Below, piece after piece: positions 28,863 to 43,149 of a stretch of DNA of 64,000 bases (position 1 is the first letter of the stretch; the number at the start of each line of letters is the position of its first letter). The DNA comes from the human T2T-CHM13v2.0 reference genome, Homo sapiens: the NCBI RefSeq assembly GCF_009914755.1, contig NC_060926.1; one strand, written 5' to 3'. The notes below the pieces were generated by a model. It saw only the letters and a program-made list of their open reading frames with translations, was not told the DNA's origin and did not search any database. The translations under genes were made by a program, and so were the position numbers.

Positions 28863-31800
28863 TCATAACCTAATTAAGTTTCATTAATCACTGTGATAGC
28901 TAGTACAGTTGAGGTATGGATACAGAGAAGAATTTAAAAGATTCTCTAGAATTTATGTGAAAACCCATTTTTTTAAATAAAAAAGGTAGGCTAGCATCAC
29001 AGAAGACTCAAGGTTTTAAAGACTATTGTTTATTTTTATTTTTCAATTTTTTTTATTTTTTACTTTCATAACCCTCCTTTTTCTGGAGGGGTGGTTAGTT
29101 GTTGTTGGTGGTTGTTATTATTTGACTATTGCATATTAGAAGTGTCATTGTTATTCATTTGTCTTCCTGAGTAACATTTGAAGCTTTTAACTTCAGTTTG
29201 CAGGTTGGATTACCGGCAGCTACTGCAGAGAGAAGTTTGGATTGCAAATATGGCATTTGTTGACCCTGGGCATTGTTTAATGCCCTGTATAGACCATCGT
29301 ACAGACCATGTCAGAATTCCTAGTCTTTTACTTCTAAATTTTATTACATCGTGTGAAATTTAGAAAAATATAAGCTGTTTATTTTCTTGATCAAGATAGG
29401 TGAAGAAATACAGAAAAGAAAGAAATAATGAAAGCAAACCCCAACTTTCAGATTTGGACACACCTTTGCTAAAAACTATCAACATTTTCCCCTTGAAATT
29501 CTGAGTGGAAAGATATGTGCTTCCCTAAGTCAGGAGCTGTATATGCACTCCCCACCCCGAAACATTTTTTGGGCAAATGGAATCATTAAAGGAATGAGAG
29601 GTATCTACTCTTCAGTTCCCACTCATTGACACAAACAGAAAACGCTACTGCAGCTTTCAGAGGTGACAGCTACTGTCTTCAAGGTGGAGATAAGAGGTAA
29701 ATGGAGGGAGGTCATACCTCAACTCCAGGAATCTTGAAACTAAAATGTTTTCTCAAAAAGCCATGCACACATTCAAAAAAAACCTTGGATTTTCTAGAGC
29801 AGATCTATTATCTTTTTTCTGGGTTTTTTTTTTTTTTCATTGTCTCCATGAGTAAACTTATATTAGAAACCACACCTAAAATTGGTTACCAGTTACACTT
29901 CTGGGGCCAGAAAGCAAAGGAAATTAATAAAAGGGAAACACCCTAGGGAGAAACTGAATGAACTCTTAGATGGCTAAAATTTTGTGACTAATCAGCATCC
30001 TCTTTAAATGTACCATATCCAAGTCTGACCTTTTTACTTAGTAGAAAAACAATACAAAGATTGCAGTTTCCATTTTAAATACAATCTTTTTGTTCAATTG
30101 TCAACCAGGAGTGGTTTTAAATAAAACCACTTTCTGTATTTTCCTCAGAGGTGTCTTAATTTTCCCTATCAAACTCACAAACCAAAGGTACTAAAGTCAG
30201 CAAGACCTAATGTCTAATTTACTTATACCTATGATGAAATCTAGTGCCAAGGATCATCCATGGCCATTGCCCCACTTCAAATATTCATGAGCCTCCACAA
30301 TCCAAAATGCATTAAATGTGGGCAGGTTGCCAATAACACACAATCTTCCTAATGACAGGGAGCTTTCTCAGATCAAAGGAGCAAGATGTTAAAGACTTCA
30401 AACTAAACTGTCTTTGTAAGAGACACCCAGAAAAGAAATGCCAGATCCCACACCCTGTTTCAGTTATGAAACATCAATGAAATAGAGAAAATAATAAACA
30501 TTCATTCATTCCTCTTTGGAACTCATTTTTTTGCAACAACTTTGCTTCTTTCCTTTCTTACCATTGCACTCAATCACTAAGGATGTTATACACTAAAACT
30601 GGAAAATATTATTAATGCTTTCAAAGACAAAATGACTACTAAGGAGTTAATAGCATTTATGCCAATATGATATCGCTAATGGAGCCTGAGTGGCATGTAG
30701 AGAATACTACAAAAGCAAAGTTAAAACAGGGATAAAGAGCTATGAAGAATACATATAAAGCAAATATACCTAATAATTTAAGTTGTCCCTTTATGTCATT
30801 TGTCATCTGGCTGCATCTGCTCTTAAACCTGTGCACCTGTGCTCTGTTCCTGGAAATATTAGGCATGCAGCCAATTTCATACCCAGCCATTCCTATGGTC
30901 AGACCCAGCTATCAGTGCTTTTGTATGTATATGTATATTAAATCAAGTATCAACCCCCGGGCTCTGAACTACTTCTGACTGACAGAACCAACAGAAAGTT
31001 CCAGGCTAATTACTTCTAAGGAATAGTTCCCAGAGAAAAGAGTTTCCACTGACCTACTTTGGACTTACTGAGATAATTTATCAGGTAAGATAATTAAGGG
31101 AATATAAGGCTGTTTCTAAAGTGAAATCAGAAATATTTGCTGAAATCATAAGTTGGTATTCCCAATGCTATCAGATGGAGCTTTATTACTTTGCAATGAG
31201 TCAATTTTATTATATTTGACTTATTTATAAGCCATTCTTCTTCTTTATAAATTATATTTGGCAGGGTGTATTTGAGAATCTCTTTTATGTATAAATGTAT
31301 TAGTTTTGACTGTTTTCAGTCTGGATATAAAGAGAAATGATATTTTAATCCCTTTCTTCTTCTCTTAACCCCTTCCCCATAAACAGGCACACACATCCCT
31401 TCACACAGGTGTTTCAGTTACTTTCGAAGTCCATCCTTAATGAAAGATACCTCTATTATGAGAATGGATGTACTGGCGTGTGAATAACTTGTCCTGTTGA
31501 ATTTTAACCCTCTTTTGGAAGCTTAATCCTTTCCTACATTTAAGTTAATATCTATAACTGAAAAAGTATTTTGTAGCAATGGTCTTCCTTTCCTATTGAG
31601 AGAACCTAAAATTTTCTGATTTTTTACAGCCTTGATGTTCTCCATGTAAGGAAAATGCAAGAGAAAAACCTTGAAATGAAATCATAGAACATAAACTACG
31701 GTCTTAGATTAGATTACAAGCCATCTGTTTTCTCAAAATAAAAGCATTAAAATGTTATGTCATTAGTATCATAGTTTGTCAATGCCATCTAATTATTATT

Positions 31801-33859
31801 TTTTCTCTTCTTCTTTTATTCTCCTTCTCTTTCCCCTATTTATTAATTTTTTTATTCCCATCTCCAGTGTGACTTTCTTCTGAACTCAAAAACTCATCTA
31901 ACTATGAAAACATGATCAGCTAACTGTGTACTGACTTTTTTATTCTAATAAAGATTTATCTTCATCTTGAAAGTACTTAAGAATGTTTGAATAACTAGAT
32001 TTAACCCAGTGGGAAAATGCAAAATATTAACTTATTAGGCCAGGGTTAAAGAAAGATCAGGAATTTTTCACCTTAGTTTCAGTATTGTGGATATAGTAAG
32101 AACATTATTTCACGTCAGCAGTTATTCACATCTTGTTATTATTTCATAATGCAGGATTGAGGAAATCTGTACACATAAAATTATAGTTTAGTTAGTGTTA
32201 AAGGCAAAATAAAACAATAAGTTGTACTCTTTGTTGCCACTTATCATATGTAGTATTTTATGTTTGAGAGAACCTGGCCATGGTGTCATCCAAAATCAAT
32301 AGCGTATCAACGCTCCCTTGATTTAGTGAAGGTTCTGTTGCCTAGTACTATAGTCAGGTCACTCCGCTATTGCTTCCTATCTTACTTTACAGCCTCTTTC
32401 ATTCTATGCCTATTTAATTTCACTCATTGCTTTATTCCTGTGTCCTTCAGCTGTTTCCAATCTGCCCTTCATGGCCATGACTAAATACAATATGTTAACA
32501 TACAAAGGTACGTTAACATACAAGGTATGTAAATGAAAATCAATGCACTTGTCATTTCAGCACAATTCCTTATTGCTTACATTCAACATTTTAAATACAT
32601 TTTATTTAAACACTAATAACTTTTGTTCTTGTCTTGGAAGTCTAATGATCTTCTTGGCTCCCTGCCCCTACAGCCCTCTAATCTTCACAGCCGTGGCCAC
32701 TTAGCCCCCATCTGGAGGTTCAGGCTTATTCTGCATCTTGGAGCTAATCTTGTCCCTATGCTGGGGGCATACAAGATATCATAGCCAAGAGCTAACTGAT
32801 TTAGCACTCAGCTTTGCTGCTGGTTTCATTCTGATCTTGTAATTTATTTCTCAGATGTAGGCTATGCTTCTCCCAGCAACTTGTAACCAAGGCTTGGCTT
32901 TGTATACCAGTTGCAATATCTATCCAGGCTTTCCTGTTTCAGTTCTTGACGAGTTTTTCTGATTGACACCAATTTCTCCATGACTAAGGTTCTCCTTTGT
33001 CCTTCTCCTTGTCTCATTTGTAACTGAATTTATTTTCTGAAGTACAGTTGCCATGGCTGGGCCCTGTAGACAATTGCTAAGCCTTTCTGGTGCCACTATC
33101 CTTGCCCATATCTTTTCATACTGCCTTCATACCATGGATCTGAACTTTTGCAAGAATACCAGGATTAACCCCCTGCTTGCCTGGATGTTTTCCCACTTCC
33201 AGCTGCAAACATCTACCTAGACCAGCTCTAACCTTGCAGGCCTTGGAGAGTCACTGCAAATATGCTGCCTGCAATCTGGCCATCTCATTGTCTAGACATG
33301 ACAGCAAAGACATATTGTTTCAATTGCATCTTTGGTTGAATTGTTATGCTAACAACCTTTAGTTACTTTCACCTCGTATCTTCATCTTGGTCCTGCCACT
33401 TTAACACTTTAAAACTCAGTTTTCTCTTTTTAGAGTAAAATAATAATGGAATCTACCTCCTATGGCTATTTTGAAGATAGCTGAGAAAAAAAAACAGTAT
33501 ACAAATGGATAAAACCCATAGTAAACAACCAATAATTTTCAGCTGCTCTTAAAAGCTCATGTCTTAAATGTCCACTTAAAGAATAATCATTAAAAAGATA
33601 AGGAACTAGGAAAATTAAAATTCTTAAAAAAAAGAGACTCATGTACATTTTTTAAAAAGTGAAACAATTTACAAGAAAACAGCTTGAAAAAATGATGCTG
33701 AAATACAGATGCAGTCACCAATAAACGTTAGAAACGAAATATTTTAAGGATACATTTCCTATTTGTGTGTCTTGATCTTATGACTACAGAAGAGCCCTAA
33801 AGCATTTAGGAAGGAGAAAGAGTCTTTGAATTAGTCATTTATTTTAGAGTAGTATTTCC

Positions 33860-34010
33860 ATAATCCCCTGGGGGTCTTGTAGAAAAGTAAAATTTTGAGT
33901 CCCACTTCTCTGAAATTCTGATTCATTAATTTTGGGGCAGAACTAAATAACTGGTATGTTTAAAAAAATTCTCAAAGTACTTCTGGCAATCTCTCAGTTT
34001 TGGGAACCAC
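33860..34010. mobile_element. MER5-family hAT-Charlie fragment
   Basis: GAAATTCTGATTCATTAATTTGGGG…AGTTTTGGGAACCAC. Confidence 0.55.
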
Positions 34011-34065
34011 AAATTCATCAGCCATTAAGGTCCCTAGGATGTTTTTTAAAAACCATACATTTGTT

Positions 34066-34422
<357 letters not shown>

Positions 34423-34834
34423 TCAAGATGGTCAAACCAGTGCATAGACTCTCTCACTCGGCTCCTAGCTGCCCATTGGCTAGAAGTGTTTGACAGGCAT
34501 GAAAACTCTACTGCTGTCTGATTTTAGTAATAGATGTTTATTTCACTTGGCTATTCAAAGGCAGTGTTTACTTGTAAGTACGTAGTTTACCCTAAGAACC
34601 ACCATTTGCTCAGATAGAATCTTCACTTAAAAAATATTTTAAGTGCAGACTGTTTTACTACTGCCACATAATCTTGTCTTAATTTTTTTTCTTCATTTTC
34701 CTTAGATGAATTTTCCCCTCTACTCACAAAAGTTTGATCAAAATGATGGTTAACTGCTCTAGGCAAGCACAGTCTACATACTGCAGAAAATAAAGAGCAG
34801 CCAGATGTTTTCCTGAAAGGGGTGAGGTATATGT

Positions 34835-35030
34835 AAAAAAGAAAAAGAGAGAAATAATAGCAATAATAATAATAGGAAGAAGATGAAGACAAAGGAGAAG
34901 GAAAAGAAGAGGAGAAGGGGAAAGACAGGGAGGGAAAGGAGGAGGAGGAGAAGAAGAGGAAGTGGAAGAGGAAGAAGAGGAAGAGGAGGAGGGGAGGAGC
35001 AGAAGAGAGAATAGGAGAGGAATAAAAAAA
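34835..35030. repeat. Polypurine (GA/GGA-rich) low-complexity tract
   Basis: GAAGAGGAAG/GGAGGAGGAG runs; source of the S/P/L-rich minus-strand ORFs. Confidence 0.9.
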
Positions 35031-35233
35031 GGCTGCTGCTTTTCATTATCATGACACAAAGAACTCCCTCAGAAGTTTGAGTTATTCACTTTTCAATGTG
35101 CTTAAGGTGGGACGAATACAGTAGAAAGCTAAAATGTTGGCACCCATTCAAAATAATAAGTATTATTCATTATCTGATGAACATATCTTTAAAAGAGTAG
35201 TTACTCCATCATCTTAGAAGTCAGATTAGCAAC

Positions 35234-35594
35234 TGGTATGATCTGAATGTTGCTGTCCCCCTCCCCAGATTCATATGGTGAAATCCTAACCCCCAAGATG
35301 ATAGTACTGGGAGGTAGGACCTTTGGGAGGCGATTAGGTTATGGGGGTGAAGCCTTCATGAATGGGATTAGTGCCCTTATAAAACAGGCTCCACAGACCT
35401 CCCTTGCCCTTTTTGCCATGTGAAGCTTCAGTAAGAAGAAGGCTATTTTAAGAGAAAGTGAGCTCTTATCAGACACTAAATCTGCCTTGATCTTGGACTT
35501 CTCAGCCTTCATAATGGTGAGGAATAAATTTCTTTTGTTTATAAGCTACCCAGTTTATGGTATTTTGTTATAGAAACCCAAACAGACTAAGTCT
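35234..35594 (+). mobile_element. MLT1A-type MaLR solo LTR
   Basis: ATTCATATGGTGAAATCCTAACCCCCAAG…ATGAATGGGATTAGTGCCCTTATAAAA…GTTTATGGTATTTTGTTATAG…CAGACTAAG. Confidence 0.9.
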
Positions 35595-35625
35595 GATCAT
35601 CTATTGCTGCCTGATGATGCCTTTT

Positions 35626-35936
35626 AAAAATCTTGAGATAAAGTCTCACTCTGTGGCCCAGGCTGGAATGCAATGGCATGATCACAGATCACTGTAGCCT
35701 TAACCTCCTGTGCTCAAGTGTTCCTCCCTCCTCAGCCTCCTGAGTACCTGGGACTACAGGCTAGTGTGACCATACCCAGCTAATTATTATTTTTTTTTTT
35801 ATGGAGATGTGGGTCTCACTTTGTGCCCAGGCTGATCTCAAACATCTGGCCTCAAGCGATCCTCCTGCCTTGGCCTCCCAAAGTGCTGGGAGTACAGGCC
35901 TGCTGGGAGTACAGGCCTGAGCCATCACACCTGGCT
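35626..35936 (-). mobile_element. AluJ with an internal 17-bp tandem duplication
   Basis: J-type GCTCAAGTG…; TGCTGGGAGTACAGGCC twice (35884-35917); flanks CTGATGATGCCTTTT / CTGATGATACTTTT. Confidence 0.9.
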
Positions 35937-38795
35937 CTGATGATACTTTTTCAAAGATATTCTAGTAAATAAGACTTTTTTTTCCCTCTATATCCTAACA
36001 TTGACAGTTTTGGGGGGCTTCAATGATATTTTAGTGTGCCTTATCAAGTAATGCCATGGATAGCTGCTTGGCTGGCCCACCTCTTAATCCAGTTCCAGAA
36101 AGTCCTTGCCCTCATTTTTTTTTTCACTTGGGAACTGAATAAGAAAATAAAAATGCAGACAATGTCTTCTGTTGCAGAATGGTTGATGGTGTTAAAAAGA
36201 AATTAATCACTGTCATTATTTTGTCTAAAAGAATAAAAACAGCATATTACCAGACATCCTCGGCATCTTCGTCACATTCTGCACCAAACTGGCAAATATC
36301 ACAGGTGGATGTCTCCTTTTGACTAGTTTCTCCAGAGCCTTCATGGACTGTAGGACAGAAAAACAGTAAAAGGAATTCAGGTAATTGTGCATTATATCTA
36401 CAACTCCAGGACAATTCTTTAATTAAAGCTGCTACTTTCCCAATGGACCTGTCTGCTATTGAAGCTTCATAAGAATGTCAAAAGCAACTCTTTTTTTTCC
36501 TCCAATTTAAAGACAACTCTAACAATAATATGTTTCCCATTGGTATGTGGTGAACACGTTTGCATTTTGCATGCTAAATAAAACAAAAAGCATGTGAGTT
36601 TATTGGATTCATCAAAATTATTTGCCTAATAGACCATATGAAAGAGTTATTTAGTTAAAAGGGAGTTAAATTTTCACCTCTCTGAGGGAGAGATCTACTG
36701 TCTATTTTACTGAAACATATTTAGCATTTTCTTATTTCCAGATTATGGACTTTTTCGTTCAAAGAAAGTTTTCATGTATAATTTTTAAAAATTTAGATGA
36801 GCATCCCTGATTTATTAGATAATGCCCCCATTTTTCCCCTCAAACTGTTAAGTACTTATAAGAAAAAGTATGTTGATTATAAGTTTTTAGAAAATAGTTT
36901 TTAGTTGTTTTTTACTGTCATTTACTGAATCTTACATAAGTATTGCATAGAGCTAATCACAGTGATTCATTGTTAGAGGGTTATGAACATATATTTTATT
37001 TTAAAAAAATACATTGAGTCACTGTTTAGTCACTGATAATGATGATTGATATTGGTCCTTTTTTCCTCTAAATTACAAGTGCAAAAATAGGCAATATATC
37101 ACCTAATTATAAAGTTAGTCTTTCAAAATCAGGATACAACAGTGTAAATTGAGAAAAAATTTCTAGTATTTGAGTACAAGGAATGAGCAACACTTTCAAG
37201 GTGAATTACCTGTTTTCCCAGTTAAAAATATATAGTTGAAAGAAAAAGTAGTTTTATTTTAAAATGAAAAATTACAATCAACTAACTACCGCACAGATAA
37301 TATAATTCCATACACAGATCATATACATTTAAAAACAGATGTTTAAATCAAGGGAACCTTTAAGAAGTGCACTTCTGCAAAAGAACATTTTCAACAGAAA
37401 AAGAACATAAGCAATTAATCCCAGCATTAGTTCCTGTCTTTATGAACATTTTAAACAACAAAGACAACTTATTAACATGCACCTTGAACCTGTCAAATCC
37501 AATCTTACTTATTTAGTTTTAATATGTTATTTTCTCTTCATTTCTTTTTTGTTTATTGACAAGTTTTTCATACTTATAAAATCAAAGATCTTTAGTTTTC
37601 TTTAGTTTACTGCTGTTCAGATGAGTAATTTGATTTACTCAAAAAAGGACAAGAAGACATCCCTAGGAGAGTTATCTGTTTTATAACTCTTCCAAGAAAG
37701 GTGGAGGGATTTATTTTTTCTAAAACATTTTTTTCCTGTGCTTGATAGTCAACGCTTACATTTTTAAAACAATATGAATTAAACAGGTCAATTTCAATTG
37801 CAAAAGTATTGATGGTATAGTTTTCAATTTGGATGTCTTAAAAAAAAAAAAAGGTGTCCTCCCCAAAAAGAAGAAGGAATTTTAGACTCTGATAAAATAG
37901 ACAGCACTTATCTTATTATTCACTCTATTACTTTAATATAGGCAAGACCATTAGAGTGGACCATGGGGATAAGAGGGAAGCTGGGGCCTCATCTCAGGGG
38001 AGACCGAACAGCTGAGGTCGGTCTCTTTATTACTTTCTGATTATTAATGCAACACAGAAGCTGCTAATGGGAGAAAGCCTTTTAGTGTTAGCAAGATTAG
38101 CAACTTCCAGACTAAAGCTTCCCATTACTCAGGAAAGATAAGAACACAATGGCAAGGACCTTAATGAACAGTGATGGCCACTTAGAGACAGCCCCATTTT
38201 CTTCAGCAGTTGAGATCTTTGGTAAGGGATTGACTGGAGGTCATCCAGGGATAAATTTTGCTATCTCAGCAGGACTAATAATAATATTTCTACCAGAAGT
38301 CATATTACATTTCTATAAAAGGGCAATTATTGGTAAAATGGAGATGTTTGGAAATTCTCTGATAAGGAGAAGTAAATTCAAAAGAAGCAGTAGGAATACC
38401 CCCATCAATAAGTATTGTGTGAATAAAGTGCCTTTCTATGAAGTCACCCACAAAGAAATATAAAATAAAGTATTTCCATATTACTGGAAGCATTGGTTTG
38501 CACCTTTGTATAACAGTAAACAAACAAATGACTTAATCGGTGCACAACTTTCATTTAACTTTTTATACCAGTGGTTCTTAAATAGGGTCTGATTCAGAGG
38601 CTTTCGTGGATCATATTTTTTTTTTTTTTAATAAAAATGCCCTGAGATATCCTTGGAGATACTGAATTGGACTTAGTTTGGGGCTTCAATATGCCTATTC
38701 TGAATACAGACTATCTCCGAGGAAGAGTCTCTGCCTTAAGCAATACCAAGAAGACTTCATCTGTCCAGAGCATCCTCCTCAGGCATCGTCTAGCA

Positions 38796-38958
38796 CAGGG
38801 CTTCTGATGCTTTAAAGTGCACAGGAAGCACCTGGAGGTTTAGTTAAAATGCAGATTCTGATTCATTAGGTGCGAGGTATGGTCTCAGGTTCTGCATTTC
38901 TTACAAGTCCCCAGATGCTGCTGCTGTTGGTCCACAGACCACATTTTGAGTAGAAAGA
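38796..38958. mobile_element. MER5A/B
   Basis: CACCTGGAGGTTTAGTTAAAATGCAGATTCTGATTCATTAGGT…TCTGCATTTCTTACAAGTCCCCAG…GACCACATTTTGAGTAG. Confidence 0.88.
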
Positions 38959-38963
38959 ATAGC

Positions 38964-39212
38964 ACTGTGTTTTTCAAACCACAGTTCACAACCTTTTAGC
39001 GGGTGGTGAAATTAATGCATCATGACTTGCATTTCTGTAAACATGAAACAGACTATACTAGTCTAGTAAGTACCAGACTCCATCTTATTTAGCAAGTACA
39101 TGTTTTATTTTATAACACAGCTTTAGTTATACATATGTACGTACATGCAGGGCTGCAATATAAATTGCAATTCTTAGTAAAGGTCACAGTCACAAAAGCT
39201 TGAAAACCACTG
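38964..39212. mobile_element. hAT-Charlie MITE (Charlie18a-like)
   Basis: Inverted termini CACTGTGTTTTTCAAAC … GCTTGAAAACCACTG. Confidence 0.6.
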
Positions 39213-39860
39213 ATTTAGTACATGTTACACTCTCAGTAAATGTGTGCTAAATTGGACTGTTGCTTCTTTCTCTTCTTTCTACATTACCAGTAACAGGAAA
39301 GATCAGTGCTTATTTGCATTCATACACTGATTAGGAATAAAATTCATTTATCTTAAAGTATTATCTTAACCATGCATTTATATTGTAAGCTCTTTTATTT
39401 TGAGTTGCAAAGTAAGATAATTATTTCCCATTATTTTATAGAAACTTAGGTTTTGGCAAGCGATTGAGGGAAATTTGAGGGGTGAGGGAAATGGAGCTAC
39501 TGAAAGCACATTATCCCTAATATTCTGCCCTGCCATTAAAATGTATTTAATCATTTTAGGGAGGTTTGGAATCGGAGGGATTATAAGAAATGATTGAGTT
39601 ACTTCTCTCTCAGATCTCTCTGCCCTGGTAATTTCTTCTGAAGGTTGAATTCCATCACCACCCTGTTCTTCTTGCTGGTCCTACATGATGATGTGCCTGC
39701 TGAACCCAGTTCTCACTATCATGCTTCCTGTGACTCTTATAATATTCTTAACCTGTTATACCATTTCTGAAAACAGTGAACTATAATGTTCAAACACATG
39801 GGTAAGCATTGTAATTCACTCTGATAAAAATGCAATTAAAATTGACATTCAGTGAAATGA

Positions 39861-40181
39861 AGTCATCCATCAATATCTGCTGGTTCCCCATTCACAAATT
39901 CAGCCAATCTTGAATCAAAATATTCAGAAAAAAAGTACAAAATAATAATGCAGAAATAAAAAATAATAAAAAAATAAAAATAGAGTATAACACATTTTCA
40001 CACAGCATTTATGTTGTATTAAGTATTACAAGTAATCTAGAGACGATTTAAATTATATGTGAGGATGTGCATAGGATACACCACTTTATATCATCAGGGA
40101 CTTGAGCATCCACAGATTTTGGTATACTGTGGGGAGGGCGGGTCCTGGACCCAATCCCCTGAGGAGACTGAGGGATGACCA
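39861..40181 (-). mobile_element. MER2 (Tigger-family MITE)
   Basis: AAGTAATCTAGAGACGATTTAAA…GGGACTTGAGCATCCACAGATTTTGGTAT…GGTCCTGGACCCAATCCCC. Confidence 0.9.
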
Positions 40182-40202
40182 TGCACAGATCTTAAGGGTA
40201 CC

Positions 40203-40639
40203 TGATATGGTTTGGATGTTTGTCCTCTACGAATCTCATGTTGAGGTGTAATCCTCAATGTTGGAGGTATGGGTTGGTAGGAAGTGTTTGCATCATGGGG
40301 GTGGATCCCTTATGAATGGCTTAGGGCCATACCCTTGGTGATGAGGGAGTTCTCACTCAGTTAGTTCACATGAGATCTGCTTGTTTAAGAGTCTGGGTTT
40401 GTTTAAGAGTCTGGAACCTCTTCGTTCTCTCTCTTGCTCCCCGTCTCGCCACATGACACACCTGCTGCCACTATGCATTCTGCCATGAGTAAAAAGCTCC
40501 CTGAGGCCTTACTGGAAGCAGATGCCGGCACCATGCTTCTCATACAGCCTGGAGAACCATGAGTCAGAATAAACTTTTTTTCCTTATAAATTATCCAGCC
40601 TTAGGTATTCCTTTAGAGCAATGCAAATGGACTAACTCA
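40203..40639 (+). mobile_element. MSTB-type MaLR solo LTR
   Basis: TGATATGGTTTGGATGTTTGTCC…GCAATGCAAATGGACTAACTCA; TSD GTACC/GTAGC; internal 16-bp duplication TTGTTTAAGAGTCTGG. Confidence 0.92.
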
Positions 40640-43149
40640 GTAGCCTTTAATTAGTGTTGAGGAGTGCATATCAAGACACATAGAACAACTCTATCATCCC
40701 AGAAAGTTCCCTGGTTACCCTTCCCAGGCATTGCCCTACCACTACCCTGTCTATATATGGGCAGATGTCTGTCACCACAGATTAGTTTTAACTATTCTAG
40801 AACATCACATCAGTGGAATAATTCAATATGTAATTTTTGTGTCAAGTTTCTTTCACTCAAAATGATAGCTTTTGAAATTAATTCAGGTAGTTGCATGTAT
40901 CAATAGTTTATATCTTTTTATTGCTTAGTATTCCATTGAATGATACACTGCAGGTTATTTATTCATTCTCCTGTTGAAGGATATCTGGGTTGTTTTCAGT
41001 TACTGACTGAAAATTATAATTGGGTATTTATGAATAAAGCTGCTGTACAAATCCTTGTAAAAGACTTTGTGTACACATATGTTTTGATTTCTCTTGAATA
41101 AATAACTAGCAGCAGGATTACTGAATCTTAAGGCAAAAATTATTGTTGGTGGTGGTTTTTAAATTCTCCACCTGCAGGAATGTTTAATATCTTTTGGGTA
41201 CAAATCTGTTGTCAGATATATGTGTTGCAATATTTTTCTCGGTCTATTTTGTTGACAGTGCTAACCTTGCATTCCTGGGAAAAGTCAAACTTGATCTTGG
41301 TATATTAACTTTTTAATATATTGCTGGATTTCATTTGCTAATATTTTGTAGAGCATTTTTGTATCTATTTTCTTGAGATATGCTGGCTGTAATTTTCTTT
41401 TCTTGTATTTTCCATGCCTGCCCTTCATGAAATGGGCTGAAAATTGTTCCCACGTCTGCTATTTTATGAGAGTTTGTGTCAGAGTAGTATTATTTTTTAT
41501 TCATAAGTTATAACTCACTAGTGAAACTATCTAGTCCGGGAGTGGTTTTTTTTTGTTGTTGTTGTTGCTATTCAATTACAAATTTGATTTCTTTATACAA
41601 GGCTATTTCACTTTTTTTATTTTATTGATTTCTGTTCTTTTTATTATATCCTTGTGCTACATACTTAGGACTTAATTTATTATTTTTCTAGTTTCTTAAA
41701 ATGGAAGTAGAAATGCTTGACTTTATGCCTTGTTTTCTCATATAGGTATTAAAATGTATAAATTGCCTTCTAAAGATTGCTTTAGTTGCATACCACAAAT
41801 ATTGATATGTTGTGTTTTCATGTATTTCTGTTCAAAATATATATTGGAATATCCTTTGAGATTTCTTAGACTCATGAATTATTTAGCAGTGTGTTTTTAA
41901 CTTCCAAATCTTTGGGGGGTTTTCAAATGTATATTATTTTTATTCATCTTCATTAAATTTAATAGTTTAATTTATCATCATTGTATTATTTAAATACTTT
42001 GTTTAATTTAGGTACTTTGAAATGTATTGTAACTTCTTTTATGGCCCAGGATATGTCTATCTTTTTGAGTATTTCATGTGCACCTTAGAAGTTGTAGCTT
42101 GCTCTAGTGTGGAATGATTTTCTATTAATGTCAATTAGCTTACATTGATGGTTAGTGTTGTTCAAATCATCCATAACTGTACTGATTTTTATTTAATTGT
42201 TTTATCTATTACTGAGAAAATAGTGTTAAAATCTATATTGGTGACAGTAAATTTGCATCTAGTTCTCTTTTGTTTTGTCAGTTTTTGTCTCATACTTGGG
42301 AGCTTTGTATTGGGGGTATAAACTTTCAGTAGTCTTATGTCTTCTTGAATAAGTGATTCTTTTATCATTATGAAATGCCCCATTAAAATCTCTGCTAGCA
42401 CTATTCAGCTTGAAATCTACTTTATTTTGATATTCATATTGCCTCACCAGCTTAATTTTTTGCTTGATGTTTCCATTATTTTACTTCCAATCCCTTTGTT
42501 CCTTAAGTTTAAAATGTGTTTCTTTTAAACGACATACAATTTAGTCTAACTTATAAAAAAAATCTAGTCTGGATTTAATCAGCGTGTTTAGTCCTTTTAC
42601 TTCAATTATTGACATGTTTAGTTTTAAGCTCACCAACTTGGTATTTGATTCATATTTGACCAATCTTTTGTTTCTCTGTTTCCAATTCTTTTTTGTGTGT
42701 AATAAAGTATTCTTAGGTATATGTTTTACCTTATCTCCAATAAATTTTTGGTGGGGAAGTAGTGTTTCTTTGTTATTATGATGGTGGTTGCTTTAAGGAT
42801 TACAATATGTATCTTTAAATTATTCTATTACTTCATGAAAAATTTACTAACTTTATGACAATATATTTCTAATTATCATATTCCAGTCTTTGCATTCTTA
42901 TTGTCATGTATTTTATTTCTACCTATGTGATAAAACTCATGTCCTTTTAAAACATTATTTTTACTTTATACAGCCATTCTACTCTTTTGTGTTAATTTCA
43001 AAGGCAAAAAGCTAAAGTTTTCTATACTAATGAAGACCCCTGCCAATCGCTACTAAATGATTTGACGTCTGTTCTGTATTTGCCTTAACTTTTCAAGACT
43101 TATCTATAGTACCACATTCTCCATGAAAAACACTTTTGGCATATGATGC

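Larger units (their letters stand above)
39835..43000 (-). mobile_element. L1M (L1MC/ME-like) with internal deletions, split by MER2 and MSTB
   Basis: Minus ORFs 42189-42447 give GHFIMIKESLIQEDIRLLKVYTPN and KVDFK…RD, matching the L1 ORF2 endonuclease; antisense L1 3' UTR motifs at 40660-41130. Confidence 0.85.

Noticed and set aside
32494-32527. Tandem 16-17-bp duplication GTTAACATACAA(A)GGTA
   Set aside because: Ordinary slippage duplication; two units only, not an array
32620-33350. Pyrimidine-rich, moderately GC segment resembling an old LTR or L1 5' region
   Set aside because: Could not assign a family or boundaries with confidence
36336-36380. 45-nt frame-preserving micro-exon candidate (TCTCCAG|…CAG|GTAATT)
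   Set aside because: Short pyrimidine tract with a competing AG just upstream; peptide not recognised
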